Assembly: GCA_045613765.1 (NCBI GenBank)
Contig: JAZLBO010000020.1
Location: forward strand, 5,193 to 69,192
Length of the DNA: 64,000 nucleotides
Direction: 5' to 3'
Origin: Clostridia bacterium
Lineage (GTDB): Bacteria; Bacillota; Clostridia; Christensenellales; CAG-917
Both the position numbers and the translations under genes were made by a program. Shown one piece after another: positions 1-10,675 of this stretch (within the stretch, counting starts at the first letter, position 1; each line of letters starts with the position of its first letter). Under the pieces are notes generated by a model. It saw nothing but the letters and a program-made list of their open reading frames with translations, was not told where the DNA came from and did not search any database.

Positions 1-35
1 TGCGTCTGTCCTTTTATTTAGCGTATAAATAATGC

Positions 36-818
36 TCAGTATTTTGAGTAAATATCGTTTTCTCCAACAGCGTCAAGGGAAGGTTTTTCAATCTCTTTTA
101 CCTCGCCTTTTGTTGCAAGGAAACATCTTTCTCCAAGGTTGAATATGTACTTGTCAGAATGAATTGAATCGCTATATACATCCTTTACGATAATGTTTGG
201 AAGTTGTTTTTTAAGGCGCACAACTTTCTCTTCCTTTCTGCAAATTTCGCCCACCATTGTATATCTTTTTGACATTGTTGTTGCAATACAATAATCAACA
301 CCCATACGACGTGCAATTTCTTCAATAAGAAAATCTGGGCTTGCACTTATAAGTACAACCTTTCTGCCATTTCTGTTTTCAGGACGGAACCAATCGTAAA
401 TTTGCTTTTCGTACTTATCCCAAAACTTTTCAACGTTTCGTTTATTATTGATAAAGTTTGCAAACCAAAACGCAACCTTTTTACAAGTTTTGACAGAGAT
501 GATCTTACACCCCATCATAACACCCCAAATGAATTGGAAAGGAAGCATTAAGATAATCCAAGGGTTATGGAGCATACAATAGCCCCAATATTTCAGCTGA
601 CTGTCAAAGGGGATTGCAGTTTTGTCAAAGTCGTACATATCAACTTCGATCGCCTCATCAGTCAACACTTTGACGCCGTATAATGCCTCTTTTTCGCCGA
701 TCACGTACTCATTTGATATTTCTTCTGCGGGAGTATCATCTGCATCTTGTTTGACTTCTGGCAAGGTTTCATTTACTTGCTCATCAACTATAATTTGTTC
801 TTCGTATAATTCGTTCAT
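36..818 (-). CDS. HAD-superfamily hydrolase/phosphatase (subfamily IB-like)
   Basis: 260-aa ORF. DxDxT-type motif (MYDFDKTAI), then VVLISASPD and a C-terminal acidic motif (VYSDSIHSD), as in HAD phosphatases. Acidic low-complexity N-terminus. Confidence 0.6.
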   Translation of the reverse strand: MNELYEEQIIVDEQVNETLPEVKQDADDTPAEEISNEYVIGEKEALYGVKVLTDEAIEVDMYDFDKTAIPFDSQLKYWGYCMLHNPWIILMLPFQFIWGVMMGCKIISVKTCKKVAFWFANFINNKRNVEKFWDKYEKQIYDWFRPENRNGRKVVLISASPDFLIEEIARRMGVDYCIATTMSKRYTMVGEICRKEEKVVRLKKQLPNIIVKDVYSDSIHSDKYIFNLGERCFLATKGEVKEIEKPSLDAVGENDIYSKY

Positions 819-822
819 AGTG

Positions 823-2334
823 CTAAATCATTGGCTTACGGACGGTATATCCTTCCTTTTGCCATTTTGTAATTTGTGTATTTATTTGTTCAACAAACTC
901 GTTGTTTGATGATGTCTTTACAAGCATATTCAAAAGATTTTCAGTTGCTTCCATCGTATCCCCTGCTGCCAGCATCTTACGGACTCCCCAAACGCCTTCA
1001 AGTTCGTTGGGAGAAAGCAAAAGTTCTTCTTTTCTTGTGCCACTCTTTGCAAGGTCAATTGCAGGGAAAACTCTCTTTTCTTGCAGTCTTCTGTCAAGAT
1101 ATATTTCCATATTGCCCGTGCCTTTGAATTCTTCAAAGATAACTTCGTCCATTCTTGAACCCGTTTCTACAAGTGCAGTGGCAATGATTGTAAGGGAGCC
1201 ACCATTTTCAATTTTACGAGCAGAACCGAAGAAACGCTTAGGTGAGTGCAAAGCACCGGGATCAATACCACCCGAAAGACTTCTGCCTGTGGGTGCGATT
1301 GTCAAATTGTATGCTCGTGCAAGACGTGTCAAACTGTCCATCAAGATGACAACGTCTTTGCCGGACTCAACCATACGCTTTGCTCTGTCAAGGAGCATTT
1401 CTGCAGTCTTTGTGTGATGTTCCGGAAGTTCATCAAAGGTTGAGAACACAACTTCCCCGTTTATACTGCGCTGCATATCTGTGACTTCTTCAGGACGTTC
1501 ATCAATGAGCAGTACAAGAAGGACAACCTCAGGATAGTTTTCAGAGATTGAGTTTGCAATCATCTTGAGAAGGGTTGTCTTGCCTGCTTTGGGGGGTGAA
1601 ACGATAATTCCACGTTGACCCTTGCCAATGGGTGCAATCAAGTCTATACAGCGGGTAGCGTACTCTCTGGGTCTGCCGGGAAGTTCGAGGCGCAATCTTT
1701 CGTCAGGATATATAACCACAAGGTCATCAAAGTTGGGACGCTTGCCAACAGTGGCAACGTCCATACCATTGATACTGATGACACTTACAACTGCAGGGGG
1801 CTTGCCCTCTTGCATTGTTTTACAAACTGCTCTAACATAGTCGCCACGCCTTAAACCATATTGTTTGATTTTGGGGACGGGGACGTATGCATCCATATCG
1901 TTGATTTCGCCATTTTTGACACGCAAGAAACCGTAGCCATCAGGATATATTTCCAAGAAACCCATTCTTTCTTGTTCAACAGCACCTGAGTGCAATGATT
2001 GGCTTTCAAGACCATCATGACCGCCGCCAAATCTATGGAAAGGCTTAAAGTCGGGTTTGTCTTGTATGTTTCTGTCAATAACAGAGATGAGTTCATTTGT
2101 CTTTGGTTGTGTTTCAGTGGTTGTGCGATCTTCCTTTATATATACCTCCTTTGGAGGTCTGCCACGCTTGGGAGGATTGGGAGCGTCAATTTCACCATTG
2201 CTTATTTTAATAATTTGGTCAATAAGTTCGCCCTTATTTATCTTTGTCGCTGAAGGTATGCCAATGCCCCTTGCAATGTCACGTACCTCACAGATGCCTT
2301 TAGCACTCAATTGTTCAAAGGTATATTTTTCCAT
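823..2334 (-). CDS. rho: Transcription termination factor Rho
   Basis: 503 aa. Contains an N-terminal Rho_N-like segment, an RNA-binding OB region (GFLEIYPDGYGFLR), Walker A (PPKAGKTTLL) and a conserved RecA-type ATPase core. Confidence 0.95.
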   Translation of the reverse strand: MEKYTFEQLSAKGICEVRDIARGIGIPSATKINKGELIDQIIKISNGEIDAPNPPKRGRPPKEVYIKEDRTTTETQPKTNELISVIDRNIQDKPDFKPFHRFGGGHDGLESQSLHSGAVEQERMGFLEIYPDGYGFLRVKNGEINDMDAYVPVPKIKQYGLRRGDYVRAVCKTMQEGKPPAVVSVISINGMDVATVGKRPNFDDLVVIYPDERLRLELPGRPREYATRCIDLIAPIGKGQRGIIVSPPKAGKTTLLKMIANSISENYPEVVLLVLLIDERPEEVTDMQRSINGEVVFSTFDELPEHHTKTAEMLLDRAKRMVESGKDVVILMDSLTRLARAYNLTIAPTGRSLSGGIDPGALHSPKRFFGSARKIENGGSLTIIATALVETGSRMDEVIFEEFKGTGNMEIYLDRRLQEKRVFPAIDLAKSGTRKEELLLSPNELEGVWGVRKMLAAGDTMEATENLLNMLVKTSSNNEFVEQINTQITKWQKEGYTVRKPMI

Positions 2335-2492
2335 GTACTGCGTCTTTTATCTCCTATATTAATATTTCCTTGTTTTTTGTTTTGATTTTGTTGTTTTATT
2401 GGGGTTGTGAGAAATTTCTAAAATCTGCAGATAACTGCAAAGGGGACAAAGTGTTTCAAACTTCGCCCAATTAAGGGCGAAGGTCATAAGTG

Positions 2493-3152
2493 TTAAAATT
2501 TTTCAAGAACGTAAACCTTGGTGCTTTCTCCGTCAAAGTCATTACGATCAAACTCCACTGTATTTCCTTCAACGTAAACAATGTCTTCATCTTCAAAGAG
2601 ATCCAAAAATTCGCCTACTTTGTCAATGTCAAGTTCACAGTCCTTGGTTTTAAAGTGCATAGGGATAACGATGTCAGGCATAATCTTGTCAACGTATTCC
2701 TTTGCCATTTCTGCATCGATAGTATATGTGCCACCGACGGGGATAAGAAGAATATTGACAGGGATCATACTTTCCACAAGCATAGTTGAGCACTCCTCTC
2801 CAATATCTCCCATGTGACAGACTTCTACGCCGTCCATGCGGAATTTGAAGATGAGATTGCCACCCCTATCTGCGCCTTTGTTTTCATCGTGGTATGACTG
2901 TTGTGCAAACATATGCACGCCACCGATTTCATAGAACCCTGCATTGCGAATAACAGTGGGGTTTCCTTTGACGGCAGACACATTGCTGTGATCGTGATGT
3001 CCGTGTGATACTGTGACTATGTCAGCCTCAACTTCTGCCATGTCGTAGCCTACTTCACTGTCAAAAGGGTCTGTGACCACTGTTGTGCCAGTGCTTTCAA
3101 CAAGACTAAATGCCGAGTGACCTAACCATGTAAGTTTCAAAATTTCCTCCAT
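2493..3152 (-). CDS. MBL-fold metal-dependent hydrolase (UPF0173-like)
   Basis: 219 aa. HxHxDH motif (SHGHHDH). Size and layout fit small metallo-beta-lactamase-fold hydrolases. Confidence 0.8.
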   Translation of the reverse strand: MEEILKLTWLGHSAFSLVESTGTTVVTDPFDSEVGYDMAEVEADIVTVSHGHHDHSNVSAVKGNPTVIRNAGFYEIGGVHMFAQQSYHDENKGADRGGNLIFKFRMDGVEVCHMGDIGEECSTMLVESMIPVNILLIPVGGTYTIDAEMAKEYVDKIMPDIVIPMHFKTKDCELDIDKVGEFLDLFEDEDIVYVEGNTVEFDRNDFDGESTKVYVLEKF

Positions 3153-3165
3153 ATATCTCTAACGT

Positions 3166-4320
3166 CTATTTTGCGACGTGTGAGTTTGCAAGTGCGTGTA
3201 TTTTTTCAAAGGGGTCGAGAAGGTTTGCAACAGATTCATTGTAGTTGGCAGCAGCAATGATGAAAGCAATATACTTTGAAATGTCTGCTTCAATAAACCA
3301 ACTGCAGTCCTTGAGTTCGGGGATTCTGTATGTAAGGTTGGTTGACACAACTGCATCAAAATAACCTTTTTCATAAGCGTCATTGAACTTTTGGACACCT
3401 TCAGTGAAAAGTGAGAAGGTTGCAGAAAGGAAAACTCTCTTTGCGCCCTTTTCTTTGAGTTCTTTTGCGAGTTTGATTATGCTGTCGCCTGTTGCAATCA
3501 TATCGTCTGCAACAAAGACGTCTTTGCCTGCTACGGGTGCGCCAATGTATTCGTGTGCGACAATGGGGTTTCTGCCATTAATGATGACGGAATAGTCACG
3601 GCGTTTGTAGAACATACCAAGGTCAAGACCCAAGACTGTTGCATAATAGACGTTTCTGCCCATTGCGCCTTCGTCGGGGGAAACACACATCAAGTGATCC
3701 TTGTCAAAGTTGATTGTGGGGAACTTCTTGACAAGTGCCTTGAGGATTTGATAGTTGGCAAAATAGTTGTCAAAGCCCATGAGAGGCACTGCGTTTTGGA
3801 CACGAGGATCGTGTGCATCAAATGTTATGATGTCACTTACGCCCATATTTTGAAGTTCTTGAAGCATAATTGCACAGTCAAGAGATTCTCTGCCGGCTTT
3901 TCTGTGTTGTCTGCCACCATAAAGCATGGGCATTATGACGGTGATTCTGCTGGGCTTTCCACCTGCTGCTGAAATTATGCGCTTAAGATCTGCAAAGTGT
4001 TCGTCTGGGGTAAGAGGAATTTTTTGTCCAAAAAAGTCAAAGGTGACACCGTGGTTGCCGGGATCACAAATAATGTAAAGGTCTTTGCCACGGAGGGTTT
4101 CATAAATCATACCCTTGGCATCGCCGTTTGTAAATCTGGGGCAATTTGCCTCAATCAAAAATGAGCCTTTTTTAATGCGAGCATTTTTTGGAGCTGACGA
4201 GTTGTACATGGCAACAAGTCGTTTGTCAATAAGTTCTGCAAGTTCCTTTGCTCCGGGCGTTGCAATAATCGCAAGTGGTGCAGAGGGTCTCTCTTCAAAA
4301 AGTGACAGTTCGGGTGACAC
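3166..4320 (-). CDS. prs: Ribose-phosphate pyrophosphokinase family protein (long form)
   Basis: 384 aa. PRPP-synthetase-like N-domain and a phosphoribosyltransferase PRPP loop (VFVADDMIATGDS). Confidence 0.75.
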   Translation of the reverse strand: MSPELSLFEERPSAPLAIIATPGAKELAELIDKRLVAMYNSSAPKNARIKKGSFLIEANCPRFTNGDAKGMIYETLRGKDLYIICDPGNHGVTFDFFGQKIPLTPDEHFADLKRIISAAGGKPSRITVIMPMLYGGRQHRKAGRESLDCAIMLQELQNMGVSDIITFDAHDPRVQNAVPLMGFDNYFANYQILKALVKKFPTINFDKDHLMCVSPDEGAMGRNVYYATVLGLDLGMFYKRRDYSVIINGRNPIVAHEYIGAPVAGKDVFVADDMIATGDSIIKLAKELKEKGAKRVFLSATFSLFTEGVQKFNDAYEKGYFDAVVSTNLTYRIPELKDCSWFIEADISKYIAFIIAAANYNESVANLLDPFEKIHALANSHVAK

Positions 4321-4499
4321 GATTTTGACCTCCGTATTTTGTGAGTTGATTATAGCACAATTTTTTCAAAAAACAACCGAAATTGCACTGAAAATATTTA
4401 TTTGTAAATATTCGACAATATGCGACTGTCTTTGAAAATGGGTTTTGTGGGTTGAAAATGATTGATAAAAGTCGGTTTTTGATAGGATTGCGACCAAAA

Positions 4500-5627
4500 T
4501 TATGACAAAATTTCAACGAGAATATGATTCATAACGTCCATACCCTTGTCGTTGAGTGCAATTCTGCCATTTGAAATCGTGATAAAATCGGCAAATTTTT
4601 CTTTGAGAACATTTGCCTTTGAGCCAAGAATACTCTCGTCAATTCCGTCCTTTAGACGAAGTGCGAGCATCACTGTTTCTTCATGAATTTCATCATCTGT
4701 GAGAACTGTTGTTTCTCTTTCAAAATCAAAATAAGACAATGAATTTCGTGCATCTAACAGGTATTTTTCAATATTGTCGGTGTTTTTGAATCTTTCTTCA
4801 ACAACACCGTTTTCCTTTGATATTTTGGTCAAAGAACTCGCGTTCAAGCCCAAGCCAAGATACTCCTCTCTTGTCCAGTAGCCAGTGTTGTGGTTTGAGC
4901 GTTTTCCGTTTTTAGAGAAGTTGCTCACTTCGTATCTTTCAAAGCCCAAATCTTTCAATACATTGCAGGCATACTCAAAGAAATCAACTTGTTTGTCGGT
5001 GTCGGGCAAAATTATTTTGCCACTTTCAACAAGTTTTTCAAGAGGTGTGCCACTTTCAACGGATAACATATACACTGAAATATGGTCAACAAAAGGTGCA
5101 ACCAATTCAAGTTCTTCCTTGATTGATGCAAAGGTGTCATAAGGCAATCCAACAATAAAATCTACAGATAGATTGCCGAAATATTCCTTGATAAGACAAA
5201 TTTTGTCAAGGGCTGTTTGTCTATCGTGCACTCTGCCGATTGCCTTCAAATTGTCATCAAGCAATGATTGAACGCCAAGGCTGATTCTGTTTACGCCAAG
5301 ACTGCGCATCAACTGAAGTTTCTCTTTTGACACGCTTTCTGGATTACATTCAACTGTGATTTCTATGTTGTTTGAAAGGTTGAAGGAATTTGTTAAAGTG
5401 TTGAAAACACTTGAAAACTGCTCCAAATTGAGCAAAGATGGTGTGCCACCACCAAAATAAACAGACGTGATTTCACGGCTTGAAAATTCAGTGCCTGCAA
5501 GAGAGATTTCCTTGTTTAACCCGATTAGATAGTCATTTATTTTGTCACTATCGGCACAAGGAAAACTCTTGAAGTCACAGTATAAACATTTATTTTTACA
5601 AAATGGTATGTGAAGATAAAGTTTCAT
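4500..5627 (-). CDS. hemW: Radical SAM heme chaperone HemW (oxygen-independent coproporphyrinogen-III oxidase-like)
   Basis: 375 aa. N-terminal CxxxCxxC (HIPFCKNKCLYCDF), GGGTPS motif and a HemN_C-like tail. Located next to lepA, as in many Firmicutes. Confidence 0.85.
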   Translation of the reverse strand: MKLYLHIPFCKNKCLYCDFKSFPCADSDKINDYLIGLNKEISLAGTEFSSREITSVYFGGGTPSLLNLEQFSSVFNTLTNSFNLSNNIEITVECNPESVSKEKLQLMRSLGVNRISLGVQSLLDDNLKAIGRVHDRQTALDKICLIKEYFGNLSVDFIVGLPYDTFASIKEELELVAPFVDHISVYMLSVESGTPLEKLVESGKIILPDTDKQVDFFEYACNVLKDLGFERYEVSNFSKNGKRSNHNTGYWTREEYLGLGLNASSLTKISKENGVVEERFKNTDNIEKYLLDARNSLSYFDFERETTVLTDDEIHEETVMLALRLKDGIDESILGSKANVLKEKFADFITISNGRIALNDKGMDVMNHILVEILS

Positions 5628-5629
5628 AA

Positions 5630-7432
5630 TCAGTCATCATCACCGACTTTGAGTATGGTGACAAATGCTTCACTGGGGATTTCTACGCTACCCACACGGC
5701 GCATACGCTTTTTGCCTTCTTTTTGCTTTTCAAGAAGTTTCTTCTTTCTTGTGATGTCACCACCATAGCACTTGGCAAGAACGTCTTTGCGCAATGCTTT
5801 GACTGTTTCTCTTGCAATAACCTTGCCACCGATTGCTGCTTGCACGGGGATTTCAAAAAGTTGACGGGGGATTGCATCTTTGAGTTTTTCTGCAATACCT
5901 CTGCCCCTTGCATAAGCCTTATCCTTGTGGACAATGATTGAGAGAGCGTCACACATATCTCCGTTGATGAGCATATCAAGGCGAACAAGGTCACTACGTT
6001 GATAACCTGCCATATCATAGTCGAGAGATGCGTAACCACGGGTACGTGATTTGAGTTTGTCAAAGAAATCATAAATGATTTCATTGAGAGGGATTGTATA
6101 AGTCAACTGAACACGGGTGGGATCAATATAACTCATATCTTCAAAGACACCACGCTTGTCTTGGCAAAGTTCCATGATTTGTCCCACATACTCTGGGGGT
6201 GTATATACGGTTGCTTTGACAACAGGTTCTTCAATATAATCAATTTCGCCTGCAGGGGGCAAGTTGGTGGGGTTTGACACCTCAAGTTTTTCCCCATTGG
6301 TTTTTGTGACGATATATTGAACGCTTGGTGCAGTTGTGATAATATCAAGGTCAAACTCTCTTTCAAGACGTTCTTCAATGATTTCCATGTGAAGAAGACC
6401 CAAAAAACCACATCTAAAACCAAAACCAAGTGCGAGTGATGCCTCTTGTTCAAAACTGATACTTGCATCATTAAGTTGCAGTTTCAAAAGTGCCTCTTTG
6501 AGATCGTTGTATCTTGCGCCGTCTGCAGGGAAAATGCCAGTGTAAACCATTGGCGTTGCCTTTTTATATCCGGGGAGAGGCTCTTTGGAAGGATTGTCAA
6601 CTCTTGTGATTGTGTCGCCGACTGCTGTATCTGACACGTTTTTGATGCTTGCACCAATATAACCGACTTCCCCTGCCTCAAGTTTGCCAGTTGATTTCAT
6701 ATTGGGTGAAAATACGCCAACTTCAACAACGTCAAACTCTTTGCCCGTTGACATCATACGTATTCTATCTCCAACACTGACTGTGCCGTCAACAATACGA
6801 ACCATTGAGATTGCGCCACGATAATTGTCGTAGAAACTGTCAAAGATGAGTGCTTTCAAGGGTGCATCTTTATCGCCCTTGGGTGCAGGAAGTTTTTCTA
6901 TGATTGCAGTGAGAACATCATCAACACCAATGCCTTCTTTTGCAGAAATAAGGGGGCAACCGTCGGTGTCAAGACCGATAATATCTTCGATCTCTGCCTT
7001 TGCGCCGTCAATATCTGCAGATGCAAGGTCAATTTTGTTGATGACAGGTATGATTTCAAGATCGTTGTCAAGAGCAAGATACACGTTGGAGAGGGTTTGT
7101 GCCTCTACGCCTTGTGTTGCATCGACAACCAAAAGTGCGCCCTCACAAGCAGCGAGAGAGCGAGATACTTCGTAAGTAAAGTCCACGTGTCCCGGGGTGT
7201 CAATAAGGTTGAGCGTATATTCCTCCCCGTTGTGTTTGTGGAAAAGACGGCAAGTTTGAAGTTTGATTGTTATGCCTCTTTCCTTTTCGATATCCATATT
7301 GTCAAGAAGTTGGCTTGACATATCGCGGGCAGCAACAGTCCCCGTCTTTTCAATAAGACGGTCTGCGAGAGTGCTTTTGCCGTGGTCAATGTGGGCTATA
7401 ATTGAAAAATTGCGAATCTTATCTAAATTCAA
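5630..7432 (-). CDS. lepA: Elongation factor 4 (LepA)
   Basis: 600 aa. Contains [28 protein letters not shown] and NKID motifs, plus the LepA-specific C-terminal domain. Confidence 0.97.
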   Translation of the reverse strand: MNLDKIRNFSIIAHIDHGKSTLADRLIEKTGTVAARDMSSQLLDNMDIEKERGITIKLQTCRLFHKHNGEEYTLNLIDTPGHVDFTYEVSRSLAACEGALLVVDATQGVEAQTLSNVYLALDNDLEIIPVINKIDLASADIDGAKAEIEDIIGLDTDGCPLISAKEGIGVDDVLTAIIEKLPAPKGDKDAPLKALIFDSFYDNYRGAISMVRIVDGTVSVGDRIRMMSTGKEFDVVEVGVFSPNMKSTGKLEAGEVGYIGASIKNVSDTAVGDTITRVDNPSKEPLPGYKKATPMVYTGIFPADGARYNDLKEALLKLQLNDASISFEQEASLALGFGFRCGFLGLLHMEIIEERLEREFDLDIITTAPSVQYIVTKTNGEKLEVSNPTNLPPAGEIDYIEEPVVKATVYTPPEYVGQIMELCQDKRGVFEDMSYIDPTRVQLTYTIPLNEIIYDFFDKLKSRTRGYASLDYDMAGYQRSDLVRLDMLINGDMCDALSIIVHKDKAYARGRGIAEKLKDAIPRQLFEIPVQAAIGGKVIARETVKALRKDVLAKCYGGDITRKKKLLEKQKEGKKRMRRVGSVEIPSEAFVTILKVGDDD

Positions 7433-7458
7433 AACTGCCTCGAATTGTATATTTTATC

Positions 7459-7487
7459 TTGACAATATTATAATAGAATTATAAAAT
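7459..7487 (+). promoter_or_regulatory. Sigma-A type promoter for the GDPD gene
   Basis: TTGACA (7459-7464), a 17-nt spacer and TAAAAT (7482-7487), upstream of the RBS AAGGTGG and the ATG at 7533. Confidence 0.55.
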
Positions 7488-7532
7488 TTTATCAACGATT
7501 TATAAGCGAAAAATAGCAAGGTGGTCAAAAAT

Positions 7533-8282
7533 ATGAGTGATAATGCCCTTTCTTGGCTCTTAAACACACCAATAGCACACCGTGGACTTCATGATGATAT
7601 TATCCCCGAAAACAGTATGCCCGCTTTTGAAAAGGCTGTAAACTTGGGGCTGAACATTGAAATTGACGTCCATCTCACAAAAGATAACGTCCTTGTTGTC
7701 TTCCACGACGACAACTTGAAGCGTATTTGTGGCATTGACAAAGCAGTCAAAGATTGCACTATTGATGAAATCAAAACATGTCGTCTTAAAGATACCGACT
7801 GCACAATCCCCACTCTTGATGAGTTTCTTCAGTTGGTTGACGGAAAGGTTGGCATACTTTGTGAAGTAAAAGGCATAAACCCCTTTGACACAAGCATTGC
7901 AAAGGCAACCATTGAAAGATTTAAGTCATACAACGGCAACGTTGCACTGCAATCATTTAACTTTGGGGCTGTCATTTGCTTTAGAAAAGACGGCAGTCGC
8001 CCATTTGGTCAACTTATCACTTGGGGTTGGGGAAATGCCGAGAAATGCGCCAAAATGAACTGGATGGGCAAATTGCACGTCTGCAAACTTTCAAAGCCTC
8101 AATTCATTGCTTATGACGTGCGCAGTTGCCTTGACGCAGAAAAATATCTCAACAAACAAAAGCAAAAAGGCAAACCTATTATTCTTTGGACAATCAATAC
8201 ACCAGAAAAACTTGGAATCGCCAAGAAAATCGCAGACAATTTCATCTTTGAAATCCCCTGTGGTTATCTTGATGAACAATAA
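7533..8282 (+). CDS. Glycerophosphodiester phosphodiesterase family protein
   Basis: GDPD signature (IAHRGL..ENS..AF, EIDVHLTKD). The track ORF starts at GTG 7521, but ATG 7533 has a well-spaced AAGGTGG RBS. Confidence 0.8.
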   Translation: MSDNALSWLLNTPIAHRGLHDDIIPENSMPAFEKAVNLGLNIEIDVHLTKDNVLVVFHDDNLKRICGIDKAVKDCTIDEIKTCRLKDTDCTIPTLDEFLQLVDGKVGILCEVKGINPFDTSIAKATIERFKSYNGNVALQSFNFGAVICFRKDGSRPFGQLITWGWGNAEKCAKMNWMGKLHVCKLSKPQFIAYDVRSCLDAEKYLNKQKQKGKPIILWTINTPEKLGIAKKIADNFIFEIPCGYLDEQ

Positions 8283-8300
8283 CTTAAACAAATTAAAATT

Positions 8301-8326
8301 AAAGCCACCAAATCGGTGGCTTTTTT
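8301..8326. terminator. Intrinsic terminator after the GDPD gene (bidirectional shape)
   Basis: Stem GCCACC/GGTGGC with an A-run upstream and a T-run downstream. Confidence 0.7.
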
Positions 8327-8333
8327 GTAAAAT

Positions 8334-8429
8334 GAAAACTGGGTTTTCGGCAAATTTTGCTTGCGCAAAGTGAAAAGCAATCAAAGATTGCACCAAATGA
8401 CACGAAGTGTCACCGTGGATAATATCCAC
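8334..8429. repeat. Cluster of six adjacent short, dissimilar palindromes
   Basis: GAAAAC-tgg-GTTTTC (8334-8348), GCAAAtTTTGC (8350-8360), TTGCGCAA (8361-8368), GCAATC-aaa-GATTGC (8377-8391), TGACAC-gaa-GTGTCA (8398-8412) and GTGGAT-aat-ATCCAC (8415-8429). Confidence 0.6.
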
Positions 8430-8451
8430 ATTTAAATCCGCCGCCAAAACC

Positions 8452-9561
8452 TTATTTACTTGATTTTCTGCGGTTGTGTTCTTTGCAAAGCATTTGGCAG
8501 TTGGCTATTTCAGTCTTTCCACCCTCACACCACGGTGTTATGTGGTCTGCCTCCATTTCTTCTATCTCATAGTGAGTATTTTCTCTTCCTTCTTTAACGC
8601 AGTGATAGCATATTCCACCTTGCTTTTCGTAAACTTGTCTTTTTTCATTGTCCGTGAAAGCGCGTATATTAAGGTGCTTTTCGTTGCCAGACAATAGGTA
8701 TTCGTATATGCCTGCACGTTTTGTCACATCATCATCTTGCATGAGAAGTGTAATTTTTTGTTCTAATTCAGTAGGGTTGTAAACCTTATCCCCGTATGTG
8801 TTGTACAAAATCCCCCATTGCAGTCCTTTCATCTCTTTGCGATACTTGGGGAAAATTGTTTTCACCCAGTTGATTACAATTTGGAAATACTGCCACAAAG
8901 GTGTTGCATGACTATCGTGTTGGTGCATTGACATATAGTCTTCAATCTTTATTCCGTCACGGCTTGCAATCCAGCTTATTGCGGTCTCAAGATAGTCTTG
9001 TCTTATTGCCGTTCCATTGAGATAATCGTGTGCAATTTTATATGCAGCACAACTATTCTTTGAAAAGTATCTCTTGGCATCCGTCAACCACTCCCCCGTG
9101 TAGATTGCATTGCGCAATTCTTGGTCAGTAAGTTTTTCACCTGCAATGTTGATTATCTTAAACCAATCAAGTTTTTCCTTGTCATTGCCTTTGCAGATGT
9201 AAATCATCAATGGATAGTCAAGAATTTGTTGCTTTTCTGTTTCGGTCAAATTGTGAAATGCTCTGCTATCAAGTGAAAAATCACCATTGAAATATTGACA
9301 AATACTGAGTGTTCTTTGTTGTCCGTCGAGAAGTTCAAAATTGCCATCTTCATTTTCAACCCAGTACATAACGTTCAAAGGAAATCCTTTTTGCACCGTT
9401 TCAATGACTGCATCACGCTGTTTATCCTTGTACACAAATTCTCTTTGATATGCAGGTCGGATATTGAGTTTACCATTATAACCAACAACACCATTTTCGT
9501 CACTGTCAATATAGCCAGTAACAACATCTCTAATCAATATTTCGTGGAGTTCAATTTTCAT
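8452..9561 (-). CDS. DUF262 (ParB-like, DGQQR motif) plus C-terminal HNH nuclease fusion; presumptive restriction component
   Basis: 369 aa. N-terminal PAYQREFVY...LLDGQQRT motif typical of DUF262/GmrSD-type domains. C-terminal HNH (CYHC...ADHITPW...NCQMLCKEHNRRK). The start overlaps the upstream methyltransferase stop by 11 nt and has its own AGGAGA RBS. Confidence 0.75.
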   Translation of the reverse strand: MKIELHEILIRDVVTGYIDSDENGVVGYNGKLNIRPAYQREFVYKDKQRDAVIETVQKGFPLNVMYWVENEDGNFELLDGQQRTLSICQYFNGDFSLDSRAFHNLTETEKQQILDYPLMIYICKGNDKEKLDWFKIINIAGEKLTDQELRNAIYTGEWLTDAKRYFSKNSCAAYKIAHDYLNGTAIRQDYLETAISWIASRDGIKIEDYMSMHQHDSHATPLWQYFQIVINWVKTIFPKYRKEMKGLQWGILYNTYGDKVYNPTELEQKITLLMQDDDVTKRAGIYEYLLSGNEKHLNIRAFTDNEKRQVYEKQGGICYHCVKEGRENTHYEIEEMEADHITPWCEGGKTEIANCQMLCKEHNRRKSSK

Positions 9562-10666
9562 CTGCTTTTCTCCTTATTATTAACCTTGCGTAAGGAACAA
9601 TTAGTTTTTTGTTATCATCAAAATAAAACGGGATTCCTCTCCTAAATGCAGGATTCTGCTGCTTAAAATCCTTAATTTCATCTTCGGTGTAATTTGCTCC
9701 TATTCCTATATCTCTACCAAGATCTCCAGCACCTAAACCAATTATTTCAAATTGCTCAGGATTGTATTTATCTAAAAATGTGATAGGAACACCCATACAC
9801 CCAGCATAATCACATGGAATATCACTTACTTTATTTACATTTATTGCATCATATTTGTAATAACTTTTATATTCTGTTGGATTATATGTTTTGTATAAAA
9901 TTAATTCTTCGTGCCTTTTACGTATATCAATATTTGTAAACCAAGTAATAGCAGGAACTCGACCATACTTTTTTCCGTTTCTAATTTCGCCTTTGTATGT
10001 GTCAGGAACATTAAATTCAAGTGTTTTATTAAATATGTAACCACTCCACAGTTTCTCACATTTAATGTGTTTGAAAACATCGCGATAAGTTATAGCATTC
10101 ATATTTCCAATAATTATAAATTTTTTGTTATAATCTATGAGCTGGGTAACATATTCACGGAAAAGCGAAAAAGGTGGGTTTGTAACGACAACATCACACT
10201 CTTTAAGTAATTCAATGCACTCTTCAGAACGAAAATCGCCATTGCCGTTTAGCAATGAAAAAACGTTATTTTTATTTTTAAGCAGATATTTTACATCACT
10301 CAAATCAACTGCCCCGTCATTGTTGTAGTCATCAACTTCAGTTATTTCAATTTTATAAGCATGCCTACCTGAAAGGTCGTAGCGCACTTGCTTCATATCT
10401 TCAAACAATGAAACTTGCTCATAAGCAATGGGTGAATCATCATAACAAGTGCAAATAAGTTTTTTCAATCCTAAATGGTTGAAATTCATAGCAAAATATT
10501 TGAAAAAGTTGCTCTCATAAGGGTCATCACAGTTACAAAACACAACCTTTCCTTTGAAAAACTCTTTATAATGCTTTAACTCTAGTTCGATATCCGCAAG
10601 TTGAGTATAAAACTCATCAGATTTGTTCTTTCTTGCAGTTCCTCTGTTTGTTGCCATATCAACCAC
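9551..10666 (-). CDS. N6-adenine DNA methyltransferase (EcoRI-methylase-like family)
   Basis: 371 aa. NPPF catalytic motif (VVTNPPFSLFREY) and an N-terminal DEFYTQ segment as in EcoRI-type methylases. The gene is visibly more AT-rich than its flanks. Confidence 0.8.
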   Translation of the reverse strand: MVDMATNRGTARKNKSDEFYTQLADIELELKHYKEFFKGKVVFCNCDDPYESNFFKYFAMNFNHLGLKKLICTCYDDSPIAYEQVSLFEDMKQVRYDLSGRHAYKIEITEVDDYNNDGAVDLSDVKYLLKNKNNVFSLLNGNGDFRSEECIELLKECDVVVTNPPFSLFREYVTQLIDYNKKFIIIGNMNAITYRDVFKHIKCEKLWSGYIFNKTLEFNVPDTYKGEIRNGKKYGRVPAITWFTNIDIRKRHEELILYKTYNPTEYKSYYKYDAINVNKVSDIPCDYAGCMGVPITFLDKYNPEQFEIIGLGAGDLGRDIGIGANYTEDEIKDFKQQNPAFRRGIPFYFDDNKKLIVPYARLIIRRKADEN

Positions 10667-10675
10667 CTTTTAATG

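Noticed and set aside
4295-4516. 73-aa ORF in the hemW-prs intergenic region.
   Set aside because: It overlaps the prs start and the hemW stop, has no RBS, and has no recognisable domain. The region more plausibly holds the prs promoter.
8091-8447. 118-aa minus-strand ORF and 88-aa plus-strand ORF (8107-8373) spanning the palindrome cluster.
   Set aside because: Both overlap the 3' end of the GDPD gene and its terminator. Their open frames are explained by the palindromic, stop-poor sequence.
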